Below are positions 38,019-51,109 of a stretch of DNA of 64,000 nucleotides, piece after piece; within the stretch, counting starts at the first letter, position 1, and the number at the start of each line of letters is the position of its first letter. A program made the position numbers and the translations under genes. Under the pieces are notes generated by a model, which saw nothing but the letters and a program-made list of their open reading frames with translations, was not told the DNA's origin and made no database searches. Source of the stretch: Moniliella sp. 'wahieum' (Eukaryota); the NCBI GenBank assembly GCA_003971905.1, contig RSEE01000026.1, positions 248,001-312,000 on the forward strand, given 5' to 3'.

Positions 38019-39476
38019 GGTCGATTTCCTTTTGTGACTTCGGCCTGACAACTTCCATCCCTTCCTGCTCTCTACTGGCTTTGTTGCTGGCGTTGCGTAT
38101 GCGCCCCCTCCTTCCACCCCTTCTGCTTCTAGCCCCCACCCTCACCCCTCCGCCCACCTGGACAATGCTCGATGCCCTTCCAACTAGCCCCTTCCTTATC
38201 CCTTCCCACTTCTACCTTCCTTGCCTGTGCACCGAAAGATTCGGTGTGTGGCTCAGGACTCACCTTTTTCCGCCCTTTTACCTACTGTATCCACACTCTC
38301 TTGACTAGCTCCCGGAGCTGGGCCTTCTGTCATACACCGTATGCTATGTTACATGCCCTTTGTTCTTTTGCCCATACCAAGGAAGACATGGTGCGATAGC
38401 GCAGCGGATGAACCTGGGGAGATCGGTCCGTTTGGTTTGGCTCCACGTATCCACTACATAAGACTCGGATGTGAGAGCAATTGCTCGTATGGCCACATGA
38501 GCATGTCCTAGGCGCAGGACTTGCTCGCGGGCCTCAAGCTGGTCCACTACATGAAAGTCCCACCCGAAAGGTACGTCTTGCCTCGCTTCCTCCTCCCTGC
38601 ATTCCCCCGCCCGGGCGCTGAGATGGTATAGCATGGCCATTGTTCAGATGTGGGCCACAGTGGTTGGATGTGTGAGGAACTTGATTGTGCTGTGCATTGT
38701 CCTTGCACCGTCGAATAGCAACCGTCCATTCATTGATGGCACAAAAGAGGACCCGACAGACCCGTGGACCGCGGCCGCAAACTCGATATTTTTATAGCGT
38801 CTCCATCGTCTGGGAAATGCTTGGTCCCGCCGAGTCTTCTGTGGGCAAGTACCTCATCTTGTATCGGGGGTTCCTTCTGGGGACTGTGTTGCCCTTGTTC
38901 GCATGGGTTCGGGATAATCGCGATAGTCGCTATAGAATCAGGCAGTGGCTCACGCATCTCGCCATTTCCCCATTCTCATCCAGGACAAGGGTTAACGCCA
39001 CCATAGGTGCCAGCGAACTTACGTCGGTTCCCGGCTGTGCTGGTTCGGCTCTGTTTTCTCCTATTGATGCTTCGTTTCCCCCAGTACGGTTCAGACCATC
39101 CCTACTGGGCTCATCGTAGCTTGGATGTTACAGCAGCGGGCACTCAGGCGTCACCCCCAATAGTTTGAGCGGCACAGCTACATTCTCAGTGCTGCCGTGG
39201 ATGCCGGCACCAGCATTGACGCACTGACCTGCGTCCTGCTAATGACAAGGGTCTCAAAATCGTTTCCGGACCATCCTGGTTCTTCAGCTGGGGCCTGGGA
39301 CAGCGAGCACTGTACATCTTCCTAGCCATCTCCTCATTTTCTTCTGTTCCTCCACCACCACGGGAAAAGACTGGTACACTGTGAGGTAAGAATATCGATG
39401 TTCAGTGAGGGGTGTCGAGGTCACAGCAACGGTGAACGGGAGGAAGCAGGATAAAAAGAATAGGTCAAAGAATGGA

Positions 39477-40213
39477 TCATTTGGGTTCCCAGCTGATGCC
39501 ACACCCGCACCCAGCACCCTTGGCTTGAGGGTTGTCGCGAATGACGAATTGGCTCCCAATGAGCTCGGTGACAAAGTCAATGATAGAGCCTTTGATCAAG
39601 TGCAACGAGGTACTGTCGACCACCACTCGTGCGCCTGGGGAAGCCTCAAAAACACTAGCCATAGGGGGTCAGATCAACACACAACGCCACAGGGGGGAGA
39701 GCAGCACATACAAATCGTCCTCGTCCTGCTCGGCATCCAGGGCGATCTTATATTGGTACCCGTGACACCCGGGCTCCACTGCCAACCGCAACGCACCCAG
39801 ATTCGAGTCCGCGTTCAAAGCGCCGCCCAGGCGTTCGGCCGCACGCGCCGTCAGACACACCTGCACCGGTTCGCCCTCGTTCACCGCAGGTTCGGCGGGC
39901 GACGAGGGGGCATGGACCAAGACGGTGTCTACCACGACGGCGGGATCGGAGAGGCAGCGGCGGCGGATGCATCAGAAACAGTAGGGGGTTGAGGGCTGGG
40001 CTGGGCGACTGGACGCCAAGCCAAAGTTGTGGCGTGCAGGGCGCGGGTAGAAGGCAGGGAGGAGCGGGCGGGCGTGCGCATGCCAGCGCTAAGCTGGCCT
40101 GTGCGTGCAATGGCGGCGGCGGGACACAGAGGAATGGACGCGGCGGCGGCAAGAGCAGCACGTGAGGTAGTAGCCGCTGCGGGGCGTACGGCAGGCCGCA
40201 GCAGCAGAAGCAT
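39477..40213 (-). CDS. ISA2: Mitochondrial Fe-S cluster assembly protein Isa2 (HesB/IscA family)
   Basis: Presequence MLLLLRPAVRPAAA; LRLAVEPGCHGYQYKI; intron 39711-39655; VVVDSTSLHLIKGSIIDFVTELIGSQFVIRDNPQAKGAGCGCGISWEPK*. Confidence 0.92.
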
Positions 40214-40703
40214 TGCGGTGGTGGTCCGGCGGCGGGGAGGAGGCGAGGAGGGCAGCTGCTGGATGCGACGATTGGCGTCGCGGGTGGCAAGAACCCAAGC
40301 TCCGGTAATGTCCGGCGGACCCAGCTGCAACCCACATTCAATATTGAACGTTCAACATTCCTCCGGGGGCATCTTCATTCCGCCTCCAGCGTTCCGCCAC
40401 CTCAGGTTGGCCTTTCAGATTCAATGTTCAAACTTCGGCGGTCACTTGACCGGTCAAGGTACCGGGGCAACCCAGGCTGCTTTCAGCTTTTCCCCGCACC
40501 CAGACGCCATTTACCCGGGGTTTCATTTGCCCTGGACCTCAGCCTGAGGCCCCTGAGGCCCAGGCCTGACACCGGCGTGACAGCCTGACAGGCCTGACAG
40601 ATGACCCTCCATCGGATCGTGTCTCTAGGATCTGTGCTTATGATTTGAAGACCATCCACCGGCAAAACCAACTGCTATCCATCATTAGTCATTCCCCGCC
40701 GCC

Positions 40704-42028
40704 ATGCACCGCTCCCCACCCGTCGGTGCCGTCGCGTCGTCCCTTGAGCCGTTTTGGGCTGCCGCCCGCGAGGCTGCGCCCAACGTGCGCTCCATCCGCC
40801 GAGCGCTGCGCCAAGGCCAGGTCGCTGCGCCCGCTTTACGCGTCGCCCGCGTTGGCCAGCTCGACGCTGAGCTGCTAGACGCGAGCTCCAAACCCTGCTC
40901 CTCGCTCCCCTCCGATCTGCCCTCGACACACTCCATTCCGGCCTGGCTGTCGCATGGCAGCCTGAGCTTTTGCTCATTCTGCGCCTTGCCCTTTGTCGTC
41001 TTGCTATCTGGGCCCCGCGTGCTGCCACCTACGGAGCCTCGATGCAAAATCTGCGTTACCGTAATGAACGTGCTCATGGCGCTTCCTTTCCTGGCGCCGC
41101 TGTCGATGCACCATTAAGTCTGATACAAAAAGCCGCGTACCCACTCGTTACTGCTATCCTTCCTTATCTCCATACCCGTCTTGCCTCCGCCGCGGCCGCG
41201 GCCGCCGAGCATGAAGTCTACCCCTCCAACGAGACGTTTTCCCTTGCCAATCTCGCTCGGCTCACTGAGCGGGTGAGTGACACGGCTCGGCGTCTTTTGG
41301 TCGTAGGATCGTTCCTCAACCTTTCAGCCTTTCTTATGAATGGCAAATACCGCTCCCTGGCAGACCGAGTGCTGGGCATTCGGCTCGTCTACGCCAATCG
41401 GTCGGCGGCGCGGAACGTATCCTTCGAGTTTCTCAATCGACAATTGGTTTGGCAGGCGCTCACCGAGTTTCTCGTTTTTCTCCTCCCTCTTCTCCGTGCA
41501 AAGAGGGTCATCACGCGTGTGCGTCGCCTTGTCCGCACCCAAACAACCAAGGCTAAGCAGATCATGGGCGCTGGGGGACCAGCGGCGGAGGAAGCGCCAG
41601 AGATGCCCCCTGCCCAAGGCTTGGACCCCCACATTTGCCCCCTATGCTGGGTGCGAGGGGGAGGACCCGCCCTGCAATCGCACCAGGAGGCAAGCGAGCA
41701 TGCTCGACCTAGCTTTCACGTAAGCCAAGGCCTTTCTGCGAACCCCCTCGACCCTTCGACGTTCGCTAGGGCGGTGGCGGCAGATGTGGATCAGCAGCGG
41801 AGGGGCGAGACGAGACGATGGCTACCCCAGGTCTGGCCCAGGTGGAAGCCGAGTCGGTCATCTCCTTGCCAGCACGGGCGGTACCGTGTGGGTGTACCTA
41901 CGATTACTACTGCCTCGCATCCGCCTTGCGGCGGAGGAAACGGCGGACCAGGCAGCAGCAGACCCGGCGAAGCCCCCTGGACTTGTATCCGATGTGGCCA
42001 AGGCGTACGTGGCGTGACACGGGACTGA
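40704..42028 (+). CDS. PEX2: Peroxin 2, RING-type peroxisomal ubiquitin ligase subunit
   Basis: LRVARVGQLDAELLD; ATYGASMQNLRY; FLMNGKYRSLADRVLG; RNVSFEFLNRQLVWQALTEFLVFLLPL; CPLC..PCGCTYDYYC..WTCIRCG. Confidence 0.93.
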
Positions 42029-42948
42029 GTTCTGAGCCGTGGACGAAGCGATCAACAAGGGTATCTCTATGGGGCGGTCATTCTTAGATGCAAGATAGTC
42101 GTGGGCCGTCAAAAAGACCTCCGGCTAACGGGATGGAGGTAGCCCGCAATAGCCCCCATGATAGACAAGCCGTACACGCCATTCAGATTCCCACAAAAGA
42201 TTGCTAGACTGCAGCTGGGAAACGCTATGGCAGCACGAGAGATGAGCTTCAAGACGTGCAAGAAGGCAGGGCGGTCAGCCACAAGTCCTTCAAGCAAGCT
42301 CTGATTGTGAGGAGCAACAGGTCAAGAAAGGAAGCAGAGGCGTACCTTCAGACAAGGCGTGAAGGCAAAGTGGTGAGCCACAAGTCTTCAAGCAACGTCT
42401 GAAGGGAAGGAGAAAGGAGAGAGAGAAGGGAGATGGAGCGAGCAGGGCGTGCGCGGCCTGCGAGCGGAACGCTTCCGCTCGGCTAGGCGAGCGTCACCGA
42501 TCCATTGAGGCCGCGCAGGAGAACCCTAGCAGTACCCTCTAACAAGCAGTACCCTCTAACAAAGATACCATGTCTACCAGCTGCTGGCGTATCTTTGACG
42601 ACGGAGGTGGCGCCACCGGTGATAACCACCGGACCATAGTCACTAATCACTATCTTCGAAATTGGAAATTGCAAATTGCAAGAGCCAGGTCCGATGCTAC
42701 ACGGACCCCTCGCCCGGAGAGGCCGGGCCGGGGCGCTTGGCGCTTATCAATGATCGCCCAGGCTCGCTGAGGCGTCGCCTGAGGCCCTGATTGCCCTGAG
42801 GCCCTGACGTGGCTCCTCTCGACTAGCGGACTAATTGGGGACTGGGGTAGGCTCTTGGCCAGCTGGGTCGGGTTGCGACCATCCGCAGCGCCACCATCTC
42901 CTTCCCCCACCGCCCTCCGTCCATCCGCTCTCTCATTCACCTTTCCCC

Positions 42949-44319
42949 ATGTCATTCCCATCGTCGACTGGAGCTGAGCAGGTTGCGCACCTGCGTGCAT
43001 GCCCACCATCCGGGAAAAATGCAACGAGGTGTTTGCACTCGCTGCCAAGGGCAAGACTCAGTACTGGACCTTGCACCTTGACCGCCAGCAGGCCGTGGTA
43101 GACTACACTGCCGCCATTCTTACCCGCGACTTTGGCAAGGATTTTGCTGCCATCCCCCCCATGGGCGGTGGCAGCATTTTGATGCGGCCGGTGTCAAGCG
43201 GGTCGAAGCCTACTGGGCACGTGGGATGGCGTGCCGGCCAAGGAACAAGCACGCAAATTGATTGATCTTTTCCTCGTTTCGGTTCTCTTGGACGCTGGAG
43301 CGGGCCCCACATGGGCCTATACCGAGCCCGGCACCAACAAGAAAATTGGTCGGTCGGAAGGACTGGCAGTTGCGAGTCTGCATATGTTACTCAAGGCCTC
43401 TTCTCTTCGGTAGGACAAGGGGACGCCGTGGCCCAGGCTCAAGCAGATGCTGTAGGGCTTGAACGCCTTACGCCTCAAAAGCTCGCGGATGCTATGCAAG
43501 TTAACAAAGACAACCCTATGGATGGCTGGAAGGACGCGCTTCGTTACTGGCGCATCTAGGCTCGACCCTGGCGGGCGACAAGCATGGCTTCTTTGTGGGG
43601 CCAGAAGAGGGGGAGGGTGTGCCCCGTCGTCCGGGAAACTTGGTGGATTACCTCGCCTCTCATCCTACCACTCGTCACGATGAGGGAAAGACGGTGGTGC
43701 AAGTTCCCGTTCTGTGGGAGGCACTGTGTGGGGCTCAACCCCATCTGGCCGGCTGAGGAGCGTTTTTGTGGGCAGGAGAACGACTGGGCGATGTGTGGCC
43801 GTGCGAGTCTTTGAAGATTGCTCTCTCCCAGGCCCATCCGGACTGGAATGAGGACCGGCTCCAGTACGAAACGCTAGTCCGTTCCACAAGCTCACGCAAT
43901 GGCTCTGCTACGCTTTTGGCGCCTCTCACGCGCACGTTGGGATGGACATTTGAAGGAGGTGAGGCGCAGACTGGGCTTCCCGAGTACCGCAATGGGGGCT
44001 GTTTATGGACCTGGGCCTCTTGCAGCCGACAGCGGCGCTGTACAAGGCGGGAGGAGTGGACCCACCCAAAGAAGGCCAGACGGTCATTCCGTCTCTTTCT
44101 CCCGACCACCCGGCCGTCGTCGAATGGCGTGCACTGACGGTGGTCCTGCTGGACCGAACGGCAGAGGCGCTGCGGACACATTTGGACTGGAAGAAAGCCA
44201 GTTGACGCTTCCCCAGGTGCTGGAGGCGGCGACTGGAAAGGTGGCCGGGAAGTGGCTGCGGAGAAGCGTGCGGGCGGGGTGCCCCCCATCTCATCGTCTC
44301 GGACGGCACGGTGTTCTGA
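42949..44319 (+). CDS. URC4: DUF1688 / Urc4 (Urg3-like) uracil-catabolism protein
   Basis: IPPHGRWQHFDA; LIDLFLVSVLLDAGAGPTW; GRSEGLAVASLHM; FHKLTQWLCY; TGLPEYRNGG; VEWRALTVVLLD; LPQVLEAATWKGGRE; SDGTVF*. Confidence 0.92.
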
Positions 44320-44845
44320 GGAGACGACGGAAGCCCACGCAAGGGGTAAGTTCTGCCTACACCTACATGAATGGCCACTGGGCTAAAGACAACAGACATG
44401 GGTGGGTGGAAGCAAGGTCGAAATTCAGGTGAGCTGGGGACGGCCAGTCCGTGTCTGAATCTCAAACAAACAGTAGAACATGAACATCTGCATCATGCAT
44501 GACCTAATGCACCAATGCATCATGCATCACTAGCACTGCACCCCAGAACAGCCGCCCACAGGCCACAGAGTAAAGCAGGTGATGTGACGAGTCATGTCAC
44601 CGAACACGGCGACTAGCGACCGGTGACTATCCAAGTGATCGCTGTACACGACGATCAATATTGAACGTCAATGGAACTCTAAACATTCTATTCATCGATC
44701 ACCAGCCACTGCTGTTAGTCCGGCAAATCCTACGCGTTGCGTTGCGGGCCTCGGACCCAACAGCAATCGCACCCCGGCTCGTGTCGTTCTTCCCAGCCAC
44801 CATCGCACCCACCTCGTTGAGCTTGCATCGCGGGTTCCCTCGTCC

Positions 44846-47800
44846 ATGGGCCTGGCCGCGCATCTTTCAAGACTTGAGCCAGAGCTGGGCTGGCTCCTTG
44901 CTGCCCCCGGCACCGGAAGCCCCTGCCACCAGCCCCGTCGCAGCCGCCCGTTCCATAAGCTCCACCCGACGGCCAAACACGCCCCCTCAGCCCCCTCCGC
45001 TACATCCGTCCCCGAGCAGACACCCTCTTCTCCGGAAACGGTGGCCGCCGTGCCCGCGTCATCTCATCCTCTGATGCTAACGCCTCTGTCGCTTCCGAGG
45101 GCACCATGGTCCAGCTCGACGATGCTCTCCCGACGTGGGAGAGAGGATATGAGGCCGCACGACACATGATCGAGGCACCCACTCACCTATTTACCATCTA
45201 AGCTGGAGCGCATGTTTCGGCCGGGCGCGCAGTCCGCAACAGCACGCAGAGCACCCAGTCCGCCCCGTTTTCGGGTTTGCGCCTCCGTGCGGCCGCCCTG
45301 CAGGCTTTGGGGCCCGCATTGGAGGAACAAGATGAAGTTTCACTTACGCGTATGATGCATCGATCTTGGTCCCGCCTCCCTGGTGCCCAGCCTTCCACCC
45401 CGGCCCAGCCACACACCAACCTGGCTACTCTTCGGACCCCGAGGTGTCCGCCTCGGCCGTCAATCGCCGCTCCTCCTAATCCACCAATCGGATCCCCGAT
45501 CCACCCACGCGCGCCGAACCACGGAGCTCTCCCTATCGTGGATTCCGGCATGCGACTGATCATGACCAAACGATCCATGCGCCCCCTGGACTGGGATTGC
45601 CATCTGGGCTGCAATCTGCTGGAGTCGTACCGAGCGAGAGCTCCAAGGAGGAGGTACAAGAGGTCACGTCCCCTGGAGCCCAAGAGGCTTCCCTCACCCC
45701 GCGTCAGGTTCGATGGGTGTTTCGCATGGGCTCCAATCCAATGCACCCCAGTTGGGGTCTGCCAGCACCTCACTTTCTTTCCCCGGATCGCCGTCTCCTG
45801 TACGCCCAACGCCCAAGGCAATACGGGCATCCACCTTGCTCTCCCTGGGAGAGTCTCATCCCCGCTTCCCCACCTCAGGAAGATTCCGTACCGCCGTCTT
45901 CTCGGATCCTTCACCTGAACAAAGCACGGTGAATGGCACCCAACCTTTGTTTTGCCCTCGCCTACCCGCTCCCGCCCGCCTGCCCCCATCGTAGGTGAAT
46001 TCTCCTTCTCAATGACGCTTCCTTTGGCACCTACCACCGAAGCAAAACCCCCAGCAGCCCCCAAATCAGCTCCTCAGGCTTCCACCCCTCCACCTGGCTC
46101 TCCAACCCGACCTTGCCGCCCCTTGCCTCGGTCGAACGGAAACCGCAATTTACCCTCTCTCCCGGCCTGACCTTCACGGGGCGGGAAGAAAAACGTTTCC
46201 GGTCCCAGCCGGGTTTGAAAGCATCCCCCGTGGCCGCATCGGTCCCTGCTACTATGCGCCGGCCCCATGGCCGGCCTGTGCTCAGCTCGCGGCGATCTAC
46301 GCCAGCTAAGCCAACACGTACACGGGAACAGGATGGGGACGGGCAAGCTGCCTGGCCCATGGGGATCGCCCCGCCGCTACCACCTACCCTTTTTCCTTCT
46401 CCTTCGCCCGGAAAAAGAGGATAAGGCGACCGTTGGGCCGCTTTGCACCTGGGACGGGCGGTGGACAGGTCCAATCGGAACCTACTATGGCACCATCGTC
46501 AGCAGCCCCAGCGGAAACGTCAATGCTCTTCCCTGATCTTGCACTGCCCTATGAATCTAAACGACCTCCTCCCAGCGTGCGGGAGGCGGTCCCAGCATTC
46601 CGAAACGTAACCCCTCAATCCCGGTGCCCGTGTCTGCTTCAGCTTCAGCCTCAGTTTCTCCCCGATGGGATGGGGGCAGTCTGAGGAGCACAATGCGAGA
46701 GCGACCGGGGAAGCGGTATCTCGGGCACGAACCCCCGAGACAGGAAACGGATCGCGGCAAGCAAGCCGACTGCGGCACAGTCTCCACAGCCCCGAGCATC
46801 TACCCTGGCAGATGAGTCAGTTGGATCGCTAGCTGCGTCGGCTGTTGACCATCTTGCCCGCCTCACGTTGGATGCGCCTCCTCTTCCTTGGCTGCAGCCG
46901 GGCCACTGGCCCACGATCACGCTCCTGGATTAAGTGGGCAGCGGCTGCGGGACAGTGACCTGGCCGGGGAGGTCGATTCACGCCGGCCGCCGCTCGGTCA
47001 CACCAGCCTGGGGGACTGCTGTCCCTCGCTCACGCATCTGTCTCTCAACGAGAATCTTGTGGCGGGTGCTGGAGTACGCGAGTTGCCTGCCTCGCTGGTG
47101 AGTCTGCAGCTGCGGCACAACTTACTGAGCGATCGCATGTCTTTGCTTCCTCTCTTTCGCTGCTCGCCGAGCTGGATTTGAGTGGGAATCGCATTCAAGG
47201 GTTGGGTGGTACGTGGATGGCGATGGGAGCTGAATGGCAGCCAGACGAACCACGACTAACTTGTCTATTTTCTTTGTTTTTTTTGCCTCGCAGGTCTGTC
47301 AGCGCTGGTGCATCTACGAAAGCTGACGGTGGACAAGAACGAAATATGCGATTTGAGTCCGGTGTTGCAGCTTCCCCTGCTCGACACGCTCAGTGCTAAC
47401 GACAACCGTGTCCGCACCGTCGACTTGGCCGTCGCGCCCGAGCCACGGCTGCGCCACCTTTCGCTCGCGCGCAACGGCCTGGTCAGCCTGCACGGGCTGG
47501 CGAGTGCGATGCATCTTCGGTCTCTGCGAGTGGAGGAGAATGACTTGTTGGCGCTCGAGCTTCGGGGCGCAGTGCCGCGCTTGCGCTTGCTGCAGGTCAG
47601 CCATAATGCGCGGTTGCGCATGCTGGATGTGCAAGGCCAAAGGGGCTGCGGGCATTGTATGCAGATGGGTGTGGACTGCGCGGGCCGCACTGGGTTGCCA
47701 ACTTGGCTCAGGCCACGGTGCTTGAGACGTTGTCGCTGCGCCGTATGGCGAATGGGGTGATCAGCTGGCCGCGCCACTTGCCTCCGTCGCTCAACGACTG

Positions 47801-48456
47801 TTCCTGTCGGGCAGTTGCTGGATCGAATTGCCCTGGCCCAGCTCGTATGGCCAATTGGGCATGGAAGACGACGGCAGGGAAGCCGACCTGCAACTACCCC
47901 AGCTCGTCTACCTCGACCTGGCTCACTGCCAACTGTGCAGATTGCCCGCCTGGTTGCCCGACCGGTGTCCGGCGCTGCGTCACCTCGACTGCTCGCACAA
48001 CCCGCTGCGCACAGCCAGGACTTGGGGTCCTGCGCGAGTGGGGCCGGTTGAAGCGGGTGGATGTGAGCTGCTGCGGTGTGGACCGGACGTCGGAGCTGGT
48101 GCGCGCGCTGGCGGGCACGCGGTGGAGATGCTCGACTCGCGCGGAACGGGGGCGACGGCGGGGTTGTACCAAGATGCAGGACCGAGCGACCATGGGGGAG
48201 ACACGGAGGTAGGAGAGGTACGGTCCGAGGAAGAGCAGGCTACGGCAGCTACGCAGGCTGATGCAGCGTGGCGACGTGCACGCCCCTGGACGGCAGGGTT
48301 TGTACATGGGCGTGCGCTGCACCGGGGCACGTTGGCCATGGCGTGCGGGCACCTACGTGTGCTGGATGGGCTGTGGGTGGGCGATGAGGAGGTGGTGTTG
48401 CGCGTCGCCTGCTGGGCCATGACGACGAAGAAGACGAGGAGGGGGAGAGGAGATGA
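44846..48456 (+). CDS. Leucine-rich-repeat protein, Nud1/Cdc11-like spindle-pole SIN/MEN scaffold (ends approximate)
   Basis: Long P/S-rich N-terminal half followed by LRRs (LTHLSLNENL, LVSLQLRHNLL, LRKLTVDKNEI, LDTLSANDNRV, LRHLSLARNGL, LVYLDLAHCQL) and LRR cap HRGTLAMACGHLRVLDG. Intron 47209-47293 (GTACGT..GACTAAC..CAG). Confidence 0.7.
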
Positions 48457-49134
48457 TACCGATGGGCCCCGGAAGGGCAGTGTAGTATTTGCATGTCCTT
48501 TTGTTGTGCAGAGCGCAGGACTATACATGGTGGGCTCACGAGCTCACTCGATAGGCCGTGGATGTGGCGCAGGATGACGTCATGGCGTGGGACACGCATG
48601 GCATGGGCCACCGCCTGCACGGGGGACGCTGAGCAGGCTCGGACAGCAATTAAAGCGGCGTGCATGGCCGCCCGTCCGACACGGCAGCGCCCAGCCCCTC
48701 CCCGCATCTTAGAGCGCACCTGCGCACCTCGCCAGCCAGCCTGCACGTCGCCACTGCATGCCTGCGTCAGGCCGCTGCCTGAATGCCGAGCGGGGGCGGG
48801 CCAAGGCCTGCACCCATCCGCTCTCTGCTCCGGCCGGCATGCAGTCGACACAGCCTCGGCACTGCCTTGCCAGTGTAGCCCCACCTCTTCTTCTACTAGC
48901 CAGGCGTGGGCGCAGCCACACTCGCTCCATCGCGCCCAGCAGCACCACACGGCTCCCTCTCCCGCGCTGCTCTGCTCCACCATCACCCCCCATGTCTGTT
49001 GCCAGCAACGGAGCCCACCACCTACGCATCACCAGCACACCCCTCTCCCCCCACCCCGCCGCGGCCCTCTCTGTACCACTCTCCCGACGGCTGTCCCCAG
49101 AACCAGCATCCCAATTTCAGCAGCACCTCCTCCT

Positions 49135-51109
49135 ATGTCTCGCACTCGGCATGCCATGGGCACCACCGTGCCAGAGCCCACCGTCCATCTCTCTTCCACC
49201 GGTCCCAGCCCACCCCCCCCAGTCCTCTTTCCTCCGTCCTACCTTCCGCTGCTGGCCCAGCTCAGGTGTCCCCACTCTGAATCATCCCCATCCCCCTCCC
49301 CCTCCAATAACCAGATCTCTCCAGTCTACAGTCAACAGCGGCCACTGCGGTCAGGACCCTCTCATTATACCTCCAAGTCATTCTCTCTCTCCCTTACATA
49401 CCAGATAACCTTTCCCACATCCCGCCTTCTCGTCCCTCTCTCGACGCCGTCCCCGCGGCCAACATGTTTCCAGAGTACGGCAACCATGCCTGGCGCCGTC
49501 CTCGATTCGTTGCGAAAGACCACCCATCCTTCCTTCGCCTGGTTCCACTCCCGTCTGCAATAATACCGCGCGACTGCCTTACATGTTCCACACTCGCTCT
49601 CCGCCTACTGCCTAACCCACTCGGCCCCATCCGCCACATCGATCCCATTGTGACCGCTAACGATTTGAGTCAAGAGGATTCCAGCAAGGCGAATAAGGTC
49701 GGTCATGGGAGAAGGGGTGAGGGAGGGCAACTTTTGTCCGGATCAGACTTCCCTTACCCTATATCGTTCTCTGGTAAAGAGAAAAAACCACACCAGGTCG
49801 GAGGATACAAACCTTCGCCCTCCCTTTGGCCATCCTCTACGGGCCACCTGTATTTGGGAAGCCAGTCCTCCTCTTCCACGTCGCCGGCCCTTACGATCCC
49901 ATACAATCTGTATCGATATACGGTCGCTCACAATCCCTCCGCATCCGCTGTGACTGTTGCCCTGCCCCCCCCGTCCGGGCAGCATCATCTCAGTGCGTCA
50001 TCAGTACATTTGGGCCCTTACTCGATACAGCCCAACACAACGACCGAAGGAGTCCAGCTCGCCAATCCAGAAGAGTCAAAATTGGGGGTTCTAGACACAG
50101 TAACACCAGCTCGATTTACCGTCCGAGTGGAACCGACGTCTAGTATGTTCTACACCCTCTGTCTTTGTCTTGCTTTTTCCCCTCTCTCCCTTTCCCTTTT
50201 TCTGGTCATGCGATTCCCAAAGAGGCTAGAGTGAACATTGCTGACTTGTTTCTTCAGAGTACCTGGATCAATGCTGTGACCAGCAGCCCTCTTTACTACG
50301 CACCCCGTCTAGCCCATTTCCCATCAATAGCCAGAAATCCTCAAGTGGTCAGCGCCTTTCTGCCTTCCTGGTGAGCATGCCGCCAAGAATAAGGATGACC
50401 GCATTCCAGATTCGAACCGTCTCTCGGCGAAGAAGAATGCCGTTCAACATGGCACCCAACCTGCCCGCGCCAACAAAACTGATTGCTGGCAAATCAATGA
50501 CCCCGAAGCAGAATTGCAATCCTTGTTGCCGAAATCAGACGAGATGACACACGAACGGCCACGGGCACCATGGGTGCGTTTGTTGCGCCTGCTCATCCTC
50601 ACGGCGCCCGAGAAGCGATTGACGCTGGTACAAATTTACAAAAAGTTGTCCCAGTACTGGCCCTACTTTCGCGAACCCGACCATATCCTCTCGGCCAAAA
50701 TTCGATCCGCAACATCTTGTCGCTCAACACAGCATTTCGCTCGGCGCCCCCTACTGATGGCCAAAAGGGGAAAAACAGAGGAGGGTACTGGATGGTGCAG
50801 GAAAACGTGCAGCCCGTCACCTTACGGCGATCTTCTCGTAAGCGAAAGTACACAGCTGCGAACGTGAATGGGGAGATGGGAAGGACATCTGTTGCTGGAG
50901 TTTTTACCTCTGCATCTTCCTCGATACACTCATCTTCCCCCACCACGGCGGTAAAGAGGGTCCGGACAGAGACCACAACCGCCCCTGCCCCTCATTGCGA
51001 TGCCTTAGGGTTCACGCCACCTACCATTCAATCTCCATTATACTCAGGCGCGTTCGCCGACAATTCATTGTACCCGACAGATGAGCCTCTGTCTTCGCCA
51101 AAGGCGTGA
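49135..51109 (+). CDS. Forkhead (winged-helix) transcription factor
   Basis: RPRAPWVRLLRLLILTAPEKRLTLVQIYKKLSQYWPYFR..QNSIRNILSLNTAFR..GKNRGGYW at ~50556-50785. Intron 50143-50257. Start approximate. Confidence 0.85.

Noticed and set aside
38344..39334. Chain of short minus-strand ORFs downstream of ISA2
   Set aside because: Possibly a frameshifted hypothetical gene, but no motif or reliable start could be supported.
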